Below are positions 23,232-36,099 of a stretch of DNA of 64,000 nucleotides, one piece after another. The position numbers and the translations under genes were made by a program. The notes beneath the pieces are model-generated. The model had not been told where the DNA came from. It did not search any database and worked only from the letters and a program-made list of their open reading frames with translations. How positions within the stretch are numbered: the stretch's first letter is position 1; every line of letters begins with the position of its first letter. Source of the DNA: Eutreptiella sp. 'Long Island Sound 2002'. Lineage: Eukaryota > Protista > Euglenida. Location of the stretch: contig OZ038378.1 in the NCBI GenBank assembly GCA_964036045.1, forward strand, positions 24,056,001 through 24,120,000. The letters are read 5' to 3'.

Positions 23232-23919
23232 AGCTCGGGCTGCGTCACGGGATCACGGCGAGGGGTCAAACAAGTCCTCCGGACGTGGCAGCCAGCCATG
23301 CAAGGTCAGCCAAACTGGGGGACGACGAGCTCACCACCTGCGCGACCTTCGGGCCGAACCTCTTGTGCTTTGCTGCCGGGCCAATCGCGGTTCCGGCTGT
23401 GGCCACTCCAATGCCCCCAGCCACACCGGCCCCGACGGCATCAATGCCGCCCCCCTCCGTTGAAGCAGCCACCGCCATAAGCGTGCGAGCCGTGCGCGTC
23501 CGTAGACGCGCGGTTCCGCCCACCAATGGACCCGCGTCTCGCGTGAAGCACCGGGCGTTTAGTCCGGCGCGTCCCCGTGGGCCCTCCCTCGCGACGGCGT
23601 CCCTTGAATTTAGACATGGGTCCCCGAGATCGGACGTGGACCCCGAGGGTGAAGGCTGATCGCAGTCCACCAGGGCTGTCCTGACCACCACCACCCTCCT
23701 TCATCGGACCGGGAACTGTCACTGGAGTCGACAGTAACGAAGCCATGCCCCTCCTGGGGTTTAGGGGGTGCTGGGCAATTGGGGGAAGCAGGGGGGGGGG
23801 TCCAACAAGTCCTCAGGCCAGACAGGGGGGTGGAACGCGGTTGGAGGCAATGGCTCAGCCTCCGCAGGGTACATATTGGGAGCCCAAACCTCCAAGTGTG
23901 TAAGCACCCGAGTCGCCCC

Positions 23920-24700
23920 ACCTCACCGGCCTCCCGAGGCAATCGAAGAGGGCCCACGACGGCAGCGTCTTGGAACGCTGTCGCATACCGCAAGGCTGTG
24001 CTGACAGTGCACCATCGTCTCCACCACGGGAGTACTCCATTTGGGGGTGGCGAGCGTAACACGCAACGTTGCCACCCCTGCGCAAAGAATGCTACCGGCA
24101 TCGTCTCCAAGGTGTCGAACCCACAACCTCTAGGAACTTGTGTTCCAGCCAAGCGCTGCCCCCAGGGAACAGATGGTCGCTCGCTCGTAGGTCTTTGGCC
24201 TCCACTTATCGGAGGACGGCCTCCCGAGAACAATCCGCCCATGGTGAGAGCAGCCGAGACTACCACCCTTCCTCACTAGTTTTGGAATTCAAGAAACGTA
24301 GCCACAGAGGCAATGATACATCCCCCGTACGGAGGCCAACCCTGAGCCAAAGAACCCAACAGACAACTGCCACGAAAGCCATAGGCAGCGCACCAGGTTG
24401 GAGCTCCGCTCACTCCACGAGGACGCACAAACCTTTAGGGGGCAAATAGGGCTGGAAGCCCACCTTAGACATAGCCTGTGCAATGGGCTTGTGCAGGTGT
24501 TGGACGACCAACCCGATCCATCCAAGATCTTCAGCGGCTCGCACCGCCGCATTGTATCCACGCTACATGGACTGTCTCCCTCCTCCCGCCGCCCTGGTTG
24601 CCAGGAATTCTGCTAGTGCCCCAGCCATCGACGTCTCTCCACAGGCCTCCTGGAATTCTGCATTCTTGGCCAACTTCTGCATGTACGCTCTGCAGGTCCC
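23920..24700 (-). pseudogene. Decayed tyrosine recombinase (DIRS/VIPER/Crypton-like)
   Basis: In order on the minus strand: VVCWVLWLRVG (catalytic R), FLNSKT (K), HSLRRGG (HxxR, ~24075-24095), WWRRW..VSTALRYA (catalytic Y), across frameshifts. Confidence 0.75.
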
Positions 24701-25588
24701 AGCCCTCCCAAATCGGATTGCCCAAGCATCAGGACCGCTGGGCGCGTCCTCGTTCCCTAGCATGCACCAGCGCGACCAGATCCAACGAAAGGAGCACCCA
24801 CAACCCTCCACGGACTAGATCTGGTTCCCACCACCGGCTCTCGTGGTTGCGTGGGGCAGGGCACCGGGTACGCCGCCCCCCACTGCCGTTGTTCACCTCC
24901 AATGGGGACACTGGAAGTGCCAGTGTTTGGCTGGCAGCGCCGTCCCCTGCTGAACACATCACCTGCAGAGGGCTTTGACTCCATGGGGATACGTTCTCCT
25001 GCTCGGGTTTGCCAGCTGAGATCCCCACCTACGTCCCTGAAGTGCACGTTCTTCCAATCAAATTATATGCCCGGGGCACCCCTGGCTTCCTCCGGCGACA
25101 CATACGGCGAACGTGCTTTAGGCTCTTGGCCTGCCATGGTTGTATACCTCGTCATGTACGCTGTGTGTGATTTGCATAGCACTTCCTAGATGCGGTATGC
25201 CAGCAGATGATCACGGGGGGGGCGGGCCCCCCTGGTCAATGGCCCCTGCATTATCAAGCCGACGCTGCAGCGGCCCTCCTGCCTTGTCGAGTAACTCCTT
25301 CATGGCGCCCACGCACAGGCGCATCCACTGGGTGACTGTCTCTTCGGGGAAAAACTCCTCCAGGGATTCCGACGTAAGCTCCGGAATGTCCTCCTTTTGC
25401 TTGAGGCTCGTACGCTGCACCTCCATGCGCAGCCTCTATATCTCTTGGGCCTGTGCCTTCATGGCCGCAGCCATGCTCTGAATGTCCAATGCTGCCCCAT
25501 TATCTACGTCTCCCATCCGGATTGGTGCTCACACGAAGTACACGCCACAAAAAACAAAAAACAGACAGAAAACTGCCTCAAAAAGAAA

Positions 25589-25642
25589 AGACAAACAATT
25601 GTTTGTAAACTGCCTCAAAAAGAAAAGACAAACAATTGTTTG
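25589..25642. repeat. Tandem duplication of a ~34-bp A-rich unit
   Basis: AAACTGCCTCAAAAAGAAAAGACAAACAATTGTTTG occurs twice. Confidence 0.85.
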
Positions 25643-26879
25643 AGAACAAACAAGGGATCCAGGCAGGCAATGGATGAATCCTGCGCGTTCTTTTTTTTCG
25701 GAGAAAATTGTCCTCCGCGTTTCGGCAGCAATGGGTCCAAAACCCAAAGGCTATTGCCGGCGATTTGGCAAAAACCCCATGGGAAATGCCAAGGGATTTT
25801 GCCATACAAAGCAAAGCAATTTGCGACATGTGTGTTGGCCACCACCGGCGGCGTATCCTTCCTGTGCACATGTGTTTGAATTCCATGATCCACCGCCTCC
25901 AAAATATACCCGGTTGCTAGCTGCCACTGCATGGTGAAAGTCATCGCCTTTGCCAGGACAACGCATGCCGCAGCGGCTTTCCAATACCATCCATGCCTAG
26001 CGAGCGATCGCCTGCCGTGCTATGCTTGATGGCCATCCTCATGACCTCAATTGTCATGGGCGGCACCATCCCCAAGAGCTGCCTCCAATTCCGCGGTTTG
26101 GGCGAACCCCTAAGTTAGTCGTTCACCGCTGTCCAAACGTGCAAGCCGCCATGTGTGACGCGTCGCGGGTGCTGCTTCACCTCGTTTGCCAAACCTCCCG
26201 GGTCCATCATCGCCGCATTTCCCGTGTGCAAGACCAACACGTTGCGGTATCCAATGATCCTCCTCATAACCTTGGACATCTGCTTACGCCATTGCCTCGT
26301 TGGCGTCAACCCTTCACATTGCAGCACTGCCCCCCAACTGCACCATCCCCTCTGAGAGGTTCACTGCATAGTGCGCCGAGTCTCCTAGAGCCTTGAGTCG
26401 GGAGGACACCCGGTTAGGTCCTCGTGTGTCTGCTGCCTTACCGGCCACAAGCCATCCTCTTACACCGCATACGCGGTGCTTACAGTCACGGAGTTATTGA
26501 GCCACCGTAGCTATTGCACCTCCCTCCGCGCCGGCCTTCCCTTGGCTGCCCTCTCCGCCAACACCCATACCATTCTGTCCAGTCAATCCCACCACGCATA
26601 CACCTGAACTTCTGCAAGCGTGGGTTGTATGTCGCGTAACTCCCCTAGATCCGCCAATCGTTGGCTGCTCCCATCCCACAGCATGATTCCCAACGCATCC
26701 AAACATGTTTCCTCCGGCCACTCCACCGGTAATGGTGGCATACTAACTCGCATCTCCTGCGCCGAGCCTTCCATGCGCTCCTGCTCCTGTATCATCCGTG
26801 GTGTCCCACGCAGTTTGGAGATGAACAGCGGGATGGTTAGATAAGTTTTCATGTGCCAAGGGGGGGGGGGGCTTTGGTG

Positions 26880-27330
26880 CATTGTCGTATTGATCGTGGC
26901 TATGTGCCACTGTAGTGGGTGGGTGCACTGTCCAAAGTGATAGTAGTGTAGCTGGGGGTGTCGGATCACCAGGCGGTCATGGTGGAGTTCGTGCCAGAGT
27001 ATTCCCAGCTACTGCCCATCCTGTAACCCCTAGTCATCTACTAGGACCTGCTCCAACTGCATGGCCACCGTCTCATTCTCTGACCACACCGCCTCGTAAT
27101 TGGCATCCTAGGCGTCTATAAGCGAATTCATATCCCCTGCCATGAGGCAAGCACCCCTTGGCGTGTAGTCCACCAACTCCTCCCGAAAGATCTTCCTATC
27201 CGTTGCCGCTTTGGGCGCACGTACATTCATGAGAGTCGGTCGTTCCCCGAACGGCAGCATTATCCAAAGCCGTAGCACTCGCTCGTCCAACAGCGGAGTC
27301 AGCGGCGCAGGGCCGTGGCCGCCCAACGAG
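26880..27330 (-). pseudogene. LINE apurinic-type endonuclease remnant
   Basis: RVLRLWIML..TLMNVRAP..RKIFREEL..CLMAGDMNS matches the NxYAP...GDFN signature. Confidence 0.75.
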
Positions 27331-27766
27331 AGGTCATTTAAATTAAATTAAATTGTGGGTGTGGGTGTGCGAGCGTGTGTGTCTTGGTGCGTGTGTCCCG
27401 CCCGAATCTTTGAAACAACCTCAAATTGCGAGGCTCAACATGCCTACGATCTGAAATCATCAGCGCAACCATGAGTTCGAAATTTGGATGGAGCCACGTT
27501 GTCAGGCCAACGACTAGCACACCGATTCACAGCTTCGCATTCGGGAAAGAATTTCTTGGTTGCAGCATTGCGGCATCCTGCTCTCATATCCTCTTCCGCC
27601 CCCCAGAGTGAACTTAGTTGAAGTGATTCAATGGTGGAAACGCCGCAACGAACAAAACATACAAAGCAGCAAATTAGAAAAACAACCTCCTAACTAATCA
27701 AGTCCATTTTCTCGATTTTGACGGCCCCCAACCCTCATGTTGCGGTGGGCTAGGTGTCGCCGGGGA

Positions 27767-28154
27767 TTACTCCGGAGAGAGCGACTGCATCACAAGGGAG
27801 TAGACCGGTGACAGCGGAAGCCAAGGGGTGAGTGTGAACGACCTACGGCCTCCTGCTCCGGGGGCCATCATTGGTAGAACCTTTGGTCGTAACGGTTGGT
27901 GCAATGTGGACTGTGCAGCCCCCGCCTTCGCTATCTCATCGTTGGTGTCACTGTACACAAGTTTATTGTGTCCATATACATGTGTTACCTTCACCGGCGC
28001 ACATCCGCTCCATATGATTAATCGTACTTCCTCCCACTTGTTGTCTTTGCTCTAAAAACCATGCTAACAGCCGTTCTGTTGTCCTTCTTGCGTCAACCTG
28101 CTCAATATTGCGGAACCATGCGCGCGCCTCCGTGAACGTCAACCCCAGCGACAT
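27767..28154 (-). pseudogene. RNase H C-terminal remnant (retroelement)
   Basis: KVTHVYGH..SDTNDEIAKAGA matches the hVxGH..NxxADxlAkxGA motif. Confidence 0.6.
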
Positions 28155-28907
28155 GACCAGCTTCAGGGTGTCGACCTATGACACATCCTCAATTGCACCC
28201 CATGCAACCTTAATTCGAGAAAATTACCATTGCACAACCGATTACGTTGACCGTTAACCGTTGATGACCTCTACCTCAGGAACCCACTACCTGAGGTCCC
28301 AGCTGCGGTCAAGGTATACCCAAACGGATGACACCCGCCCTGGATTGCACTGGGGCGGTGCAAATGTCGGATTGCGGTACCTAGGCCGCATACCCAACTG
28401 TTCGGAGGTGCCCGACATGTGCTTTTTTTTTTGGCATATTCTAGGATTTTTTGGATTTTTTTGGGGCGCACGATACATAGTGCTCGTGGCCAGCATTTTA
28501 CCGTGGGCGATCGGAAAAAGGCTCCGTATTTGTCTAGTGCCCGCTCGGAAAATCCCCAAGCATGGTTGGTTTTCCTAGGCATATTCCTTTGTCTACCACG
28601 CGCAGAACGGAATCAACGTTTTTTGTTCGTCAAAAATGAATCCATAAAGTTTTGTTGTTCCGGGGGGTTTTCGAACGTGCCGGACGTCATGGAAGCATCC
28701 GTTTTGTTCATTTCCACCGTTTTCCATGTGAGAAGTGTATCGTGCCGTTGCCTCTACCTTGGCTTTTGTGCTCCGTGTGCCGCGCGTTTACGCGTGTTAC
28801 GTGTTCTAAGCGTTCGCTTCTAGGTTTGCCTCTGGAACTCGAATAACTCGTGTCGCATATCCGTGCAAGGCGTGTTCCGCGTTCCGCACGTAACCGACAT
28901 CACGCTT

Positions 28908-31900
28908 ATGGAGGCCGGAACCCACGTTTTGCGCGAGCTACGCGTCCTCCCGTACCTCAGCCCTTTCTTTATGCCCGCACCGCTTTTCCCGGACAGCCAC
29001 AAGCACTGGCTGGCCAAGGGGGGCCACCTGGGCAGTTGGGGGAACGCGGCCACGCTGAAGCACAACGCGTTCATCGTGTTCCAGATCAAACAACAGACAT
29101 GTATGTGATTGTTCAATGGGGTGGAGTACGGGTGTTGTGCCTTTGGATGTCTCCCACGTCGATGTCGTTCGTTTCACATTTTTTGTTTCTCTTTCTGGGG
29201 CGTGCCACACATTTCTGCACAGCTGGGTGGCACGCAGCCTGGGTCAACCGCAAGAAACCCGGCAGCAAGGATCGCCGAGAAGATGAGATGTACCTCACCA
29301 ACGTGACCGCATATCAAGTATGCATGCATGACAAGTGCCATTATGTTCCGTTTGGTCGCACCGTGACGGTCCCTAGTCTCCATTTTCGATAAGCTGCTTA
29401 CCCCACCAACTGCCTGCAGATCAAGACGAAGCCAAGCAAGCCCCGGGATCCCGCAAAAGTCCAAGATTGCCGCGCTAAGCCGGATGGATGGTTCGAGTAC
29501 ACAAAGGTTGTTCTGGGCGTGCTGCGTGTTGCATCTATACGTGATTCCGCCCCCTGTTATACGCGTGTTGCGCGTGTTGCGCGTTCTGCACGTTCCGCCG
29601 ATGTGCCTCTCGCTCCGTCTCTGGGGGCACCACCACCGTGTTACGCGTGCTGCGCGTTCTGCAGATCCAAGCGAACCGGTTGTGGACCTGGTTGGAGGGC
29701 GAGGCAGAAGAGGGTGAGGAGGAGGAGGAGGAGGAGGAGGAGGCAGCGGACGATGGAGACGAGGAGGAGGAAGAGGAGGAAGAGGAGGAAGAGGACGACG
29801 TGCCATTGACACCCCATGGCAAGAAGCAGGCCCGAGGCACAGTGAAGAGGGAGCATTCAGAGGACGAGCCAGATGACACCGTTGTGCCGGAGAAACACTC
29901 CTCTTCTTCTGCAAAGGCAGCACGGTCCACCATGCTGGAGGTCAAGCAGGAGCCGCAGACAATGGCAGAGAAGAAGAAGCGGAAGGCAGAGGAGCGGAGC
30001 CCGCCCAAGGTGCCACCGAAGAAGTCCGAGGCCGAGATGCCCAAGAAAAAGAAGGACAAGGACAAACCGGCCTGTGGGAACGTGTCCTTTGCGATCGGCG
30101 GGAAGGGCCCGCAGAAGAGCATCATCGCCGCACTGACAAGAGCAGAGAAGTTCCAGCATGAAGGCGGGTACGAGCGTGATCTGGAGACGATGCAGAGAAT
30201 TTTGGAGACGGACTTCAACGCGACCGTGGGTCGCCTGGTGATGCACTACAAGGAGTGCCTGTCGGAGGATTCCAGAACCCAAGTCCAAGCAAGAGCTCGG
30301 GTTGGCCCTGCTGCTGCACACCAGTGTCCGGGCCGTGAGCGTGCAAAGCGTGCTGAGATGCGGGACCAAGAACGCCCAGTCGGCTGCAGCAGCCCGTGAG
30401 CACTTCGAGAAGCGCTACCCATCGAGCAGCCCGAGACAAGTGGCGGAGGGGATTTTGAAGGGCTTGTCGGTTTGTACGGGTTGCGCCGCCGCGCCGCAAT
30501 GGCCGGTGGACCTCAGCCCGCCGGCGGAGGGCCTCAGTTTGGCCAAGCTGAAAATGGAGGGCCTGCGAGGTGGTCGTGGAGGTGGGGTCAGCGATCGGGT
30601 GAGCGCAATGGGCATCGAAGACATTGTTGACATGGAAACGGATGTTTTGCAGGTGTTGCGCGCGTCCTCTGTTGTGTTTCTACGTAGTCGCTCCGCGCGT
30701 CATGCGCGTTCTCCGCGTTCTGCGTGTTTGCTTCTACTGTGCCTCTGGAGGACCAATCCTGTTTTCCGCGTTCTGCAGGAGAAGTTCGTCCGGTTTGTCC
30801 GGATGGCCGGCCTGATGGCGTACAAATTGGAAGAGGAACGGCAACTCGAACTTCCGGCGTCTGGAGCATGGTCGTTGGTGCGCACCCGAGAGCTGGCGGC
30901 GAAGAAACCGCGGGTATCTGTGTGCTTTGTGGTCTCGGTGGTGTGCGCGCTGGTGCCTCCGCGCCGCCTCTAGAGCCCCGTGGTAGCGTGATGCGCGTTC
31001 TACGCGTGTTACACGTATGATTCCTTGCACGCTTCTGGAGGAGGACTTGCCGTGTTACACGTTGTGCAGACTGCCGCTTGGGATTGGGCGCCCCCTCACA
31101 TGAGCGGGTACCCGCACCTTCCAGCCCCGCCACCGCAGTACCAGCAGTCGTACCACGAAGACCCGCGGTGGCCCAGCTATCCGCCACAGCCGCGGGGCCC
31201 CCCTCCGCCGCCGCCGCATGGCGAGCCGCCGCGGGGCCACCTGCCTCCCTTGCCCTATGGCGCGCCGCCGCGGGGCCACCCCCCTTCCCTGCCGTATGGC
31301 GCGCCGCCGCGGGGTCCCCCGCCTCCCCTGCCCTATGGCGCGCCCCCCCGGCGCATCGGGCGAGCCGCCGGAGGTTCGTCCGAAGGCGCTGCTCGGCCCA
31401 TTCACCGATGTGGCAGAGAGCAAGAAGGTGCGTGGGCGGCTGCGGAACCAACCCGATCGTACGTCCTGCGTTGCGGCTTTCAATGCGTGGTTTGTACGGA
31501 GCCGTGAGTCACATGTATGTGGAGGCCCGGTCTCGTCTGCCCAATGTTCTGCCACTTGGTTGCCCCCCTTGTGTTTCCACAGGAGACGGGCGAGATGCGG
31601 GACGATCCTCAGAGCATCAAAACAGAAGGATCTAGCGCCGTTGGGATGGAGGAGGAGCAGGTCGCTGTGCTGCGTGTTCGCCACGCGTGCTTCTTTGTCG
31701 CCTCCAGAGGCCGGTGCGCTCCGTGTTGCGCGTGTTGCGCGTTCTCCGCGTTCTACATGTCTTGCCCCCGCCGTGCCTCTGGAGGACAGACGTCACGTCG
31801 TTCGCGTTCTGCAGAAGCCTCCCCCGGAGACGGAAGGTCAGGGGGCCAAAGAAGGACCCAAGGAGCCCGCAGAAGGCGCTGCAGAAGGCGCTGCCGCACG

Positions 31901-32241
31901 TGCGGAGGTCTCAGCAGGGGGCGATGGTGGTCCGGCAGGTGAGCAGATGTGCGTTGCGGGGTCACTGCTGTTTGCGCGTCATGCCCGTATGGTTCTGTTG
32001 TGCCTCTGGAATCCGCCCTGGCGTGTGTTGCGCGTTCTGCGCGTGTTACGCGTTACATGTGTCTCGATTCCGGCCTTCCTCTGGAGGACAGCACCCCGTT
32101 TTCCGCGTTCTGCAGGCGCCTGTGCGAGTGAAGGAGGAGCCCCCCAACTTCCCGGAACGCCATGCCGAACCGGAAGGGGATATAGATACGGAGACGGCAG
32201 CCGAGGGCAAGATGACGGACGGCGAAATCCAAGAAGTGTAG
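28908..32241 (+). CDS. Nine-exon orphan gene, ~725 aa, acidic/basic and proline-rich tracts, three +1 frameshifts as assembled
   Basis: Exons 28908-29100, 29223-29317, 29420-29506, 29665-30652, 30779-30913, 31070-31427, 31583-31660, 31815-31938, 32116-32241. All eight introns are GT-AG and phase-compatible once single extra bases at ~30268 (GG), 31343-31349 (C7) and 31821-31825 (C5) are removed, giving 2181 nt. Confidence 0.65.
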
Positions 32242-33611
32242 AGGGTTGGGAGGGCGGGGAGGGGGAGGACGGGTGGGAGGGGGAGGGGTCCCAGGGGTTT
32301 TTCTCCCCGCTTGGGGAACCGAGTCCGGGATGGCCGGACCCCGACGAGTCCCGGGGGCGGCAGAGTTCGCAGCCCGCTTTGCGGGTCCCCCCTTGGGAAG
32401 TTTCAGCGCAGACAGGCGCTTGTTCTCAACAGGCGCCGGATTGGTGGCGTCGTAATATGTGGTAGCTATACCCGGTTTCTTGGCTGTACAATAATGGAGT
32501 ATTATGGCGATCGGACATGTAGTGCCCGGCGCCCAGCACAAGCGAACTGGTGGTGTCCCGCAAAAAAAGATACCACACCTGTTGCCTATTGCTCTGTGGT
32601 CGGCGAATCGAGGTTGAAACCCCCCCCCTCCGCTGCAGATTGCTGTGTGGTAGGGGAATTGAGGCTCAAATCACCCCCCCCATGAAAAAAACACCCACAG
32701 TGCCCTGTGCTACGTGTGCTGCGTGTTGCCTCTGACTGTGCCTCTGGACTGCGGACTCTGGACGTGGAGCAAGTTTGGTATGTGCATGAGTCCATGACTC
32801 ATGGCCCGCCGAAGAAGTCGGTGCTGCACAACGTAATGACGATGTTTTCGGAATTCGTAACATTCCACACCAGCCGTACATATTTCTTGAGTCGGAACAG
32901 GAATAGTGGCCATGTTATACATCGTGGGGTGCACCCTCTGATGGACCAGCTATATCTTGACCCCAGCGGTAGCGCCAAGCTTCCAAACTTCTGACACTTG
33001 AACCAGATTTTGTTCATGCGGTCTTTGGATTCCTTCCCCTCATGTAGGTCCCCCCGAAGGACTGCCAAGAACCTTGGATCCGCGTTTCCTCCGGTCGCTC
33101 GAGCGCAAGCAACTCACTTTTCACAATGTCTTTGTGACGGCGTATTGGAGGTTTGCGGCAGAAAAAATGTGCGAACACATGCTCAAACGAAATCTCAGCA
33201 ACACCACCCAAGTTGAAAACAACATATCATGCAGACGGTGTCACAGCCACATGTGAGAAATCTAGCTGAGCCTGTTTGATACGCCCAGTCTTCCTTTTGC
33301 CCGTAGTTTCACCGGCAGCAGCACTACTGCTGCTGCTGGTTGGTGCCAATGCCTAGTAGAGCTGGCAACAATGGGGCTGGCATAGCTGTTGGAGGTGCTG
33401 GTTGTGTTGTCCTCTCCAAGCTCCATGACACTCTCCTTCAACAACCGCATGACCTTTTTGTAACACTTCCTGGGCAGGGCATGCTTTACCTTGCCCAAGC
33501 GTACATGTGTCTGTCTACCTCAAGGTATGCAACAACAGCACACTAGTTGTCAAAGGGTGAAGGGGGCACAAGCAAAGGAGACGTTGGTCACACGGCCATT
33601 AGTACAATGTC

Positions 33612-34073
33612 TTAGGCATGTCTCCTTGCTCTCCCGGAGGCGTCTCTGGGGGTCTCGAGGATGACACATGCGCAACAATCGCAAAGAAAACCTTTGTCAG
33701 CAAGACATGTCCCGAAAATCTGAAACGGCAAAATGCAATGCACTATGCGCTTCAATGGTTGCATGCATCCAATTTGGTCCATCAATGCTTCCGTATCCCT
33801 GCCTTGTGCCCTTTCGGGATCTTTGTGCCCCTGGTGTGGGTTCTGCTCCCACCCATGGATGCTCTGCCCATCTACTTTACACTGCATGTGTCTGCACCTA
33901 TCCATGCATGCTTGCAAGGTGATCCAAGTTAGCTTGAAAATCTTCAAGCACAGATCCCTCATCGTGGTGCCTCGAACGTTCACGATCCTTATCTCCACCA
34001 CGTACCTTGGTGTAGAGAATGGGGGACATGCGCGCAGTTCCGTTGCAAGTGGCTGCAGTGGCGGATTGTGCAT
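33612..34073 (-). pseudogene. Possible LINE endonuclease N-terminal remnant
   Basis: IRIVNVRG and CVILET resemble the NVRG / QET motifs; heavily decayed. Confidence 0.35.
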
Positions 34074-34235
34074 AGTTTACCACAAGGGCCCACCAAACCG
34101 CCACTCTTTCATGTAGACATACTACCCTGAGGGGTAGCCTATGTGGGAATCACTGCACTCGCCTTGGCATCTGGCTTGGGGGGGTCACCAGCCTACAAGG
34201 CAAGTGACCCGGGGGGCCCTACGAGATAACGGGCC

Positions 34236-34962
34236 ACGCTAGTCTAAAGTAGATGCGATGAATCCTTGGAGGGTGTAGACCCTCCAAGGATTCATCGCAT
34301 GGGCTGTACACTAGTCTGGAGTGGATGCAATGAATCCTTGGAGGGTGTAGACCCTCCAAGCATTCATCGCTTGGGCTGTACACTACTCTAGAGTGGGTGC
34401 GATCAATCTTGGATGGGTGTAGACCCTCCAAGGATTCATCGCATGGGTTCCAAACTAGTCTAAAGTGGATGCAATGAATCCTTGGAGGGTGTAGACCCTT
34501 CAAGGATTCATCACGTTGTAAGGTGGATGCGATGAATCCTTGCAGGGCGTAGACCCTCCATTGATTCATCGCATGGGCTGTACACTAGTCTAGAGGGGAT
34601 GCGATGAATCCTTGGAGGGTGTAGACCCTTCAAGGATTCATTGCATGGGATCCACACTAGTCTGAAGTGGATGCGATGAATCCTAGGGGGGTGTAGACCC
34701 TTCTAGGACTCATCGCGTGAGTTCTACACTAGTCTAGAGTGGATGCGATGAATCCTTGGAGGGTGTAGACCCTCCAAGGATTCATCGCATGGGCTGTACA
34801 TTAGTCTAAAGTGGATGCAATGAATCCACTTTAGACTAGCGTGGAACCCATGCGATGAATCCTTGCAGGGTGTAGACCCTCCAAGGATTCATCGCATGGG
34901 CTGTACACTAGTCTAGAGGGGATGCGATGAATGCTTGGAGGGTGTAGACCCTCCAAGGATTC
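34236..34962. repeat. Second 72-bp palindromic array (~10 units), inverted relative to 18523-19100
   Basis: Same hairpin with the loop read as TGTAGA; period 72 (34257, 34329...); local inversion near 34800-34850. Confidence 0.95.
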
Positions 34963-34999
34963 AGGATGTGTTTCTTGGTATTGCAATTGTGTATACCTC

Positions 35000-35560
35000 C
35001 AGGGTGCCCAAGAATGAAAAGCAGGCACACCAGTCAATACTAGCATCCATGTAGTGGCCACTGGAAATGAAAGCAGTGCCCACTAGGACCAACATGCATG
35101 CAGTGACCACGAGGTATGAAAAGCATGCACGCAATGCCTACCAGAATATACTAGCATGCATGCAGTGCCCACTAGGAAATACCAGCATGCATGAGTGACC
35201 ACCAGGAATGAAAAGCACGCAAACCGTGCCCACCTGGAAATACTAGCATGCATGAGTGACCGGAAATACCAGCATGCATGCAGTGCCCACTCGGAAATAC
35301 CAACATACATGCAGTGACCATCAGGAAATACCAGCATGCATGCAGTGATCATGAGGAATGAAAAGCATGCTTGCGGGGCCCACCAGGAAATTCCAGCACA
35401 CATGCAGTGCCCACCAGGAAATACCAGCATGCATGCGGTGCCCATCACAAAATATTAGCATGCACACAGTGCCCATTGGGAAAAGGCAGCATGCATGCAG
35501 TGCCCACCAGGAAATACCAGCATGCATCAATGACCACCAAGAAATACCAGCATGCATCCA
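35000..35560. repeat. ~31-bp minisatellite
   Basis: Diverged copies of CATGCAGTGCCCACCAGGAAATACCAGCATG. Confidence 0.9.
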
Positions 35561-36099
35561 GTGTGCAACGGTATGGGCTGAGATTGACCTAATGCACTGC
35601 TTTGGGCCCTGTGTATGCCACTCCATGGTTGGCTTTAAGGGTCGGTTCTCGGTAGGGTCTGAGGGGGTACGAATAGGGTGTGGGGGGGGGGAGGTAAACG
35701 GTTGTGCCGCCCCGTGCTGTGCCGTGCTGTGCCGTGGCGTGCTGTGCCCGGGGGGGGGGAGGTCAAAGGCAATGTGCCACAGACCTCGTAGTGCACCAGG
35801 TTACCTACATCCATGGTGCACTGGGAGTGTTTGGTGAAGTCATGATCCCCACCAAATCAATGTTGCGGAGGGTCCCGCAATTGTGTGCAAAGGCCACTGA
35901 TTTTGGTTCTTCGTCACAAGCCACAGTCCCCCCCACCCCCTCGTTCTGTGATTTTCCCGTTTCATGGATGTCCTAGTACATCACTTTCTCCACTGTGTCG
36001 TGCTATCCTCCTTTGTGCATGCCCAATTCACTCAGTGAATGTTTCTGTTTTCTCGGCAAACCTAAACGTCGAATCAATTCTCCAACTTGCAATTTCAAA

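Noticed and set aside
25615-25990. DIRS-type RT upstream of the first YR (RKLLCFVWQN..FPMG)
   Set aside because: Only a partial resemblance; no motif A Asp or YxDD could be located.
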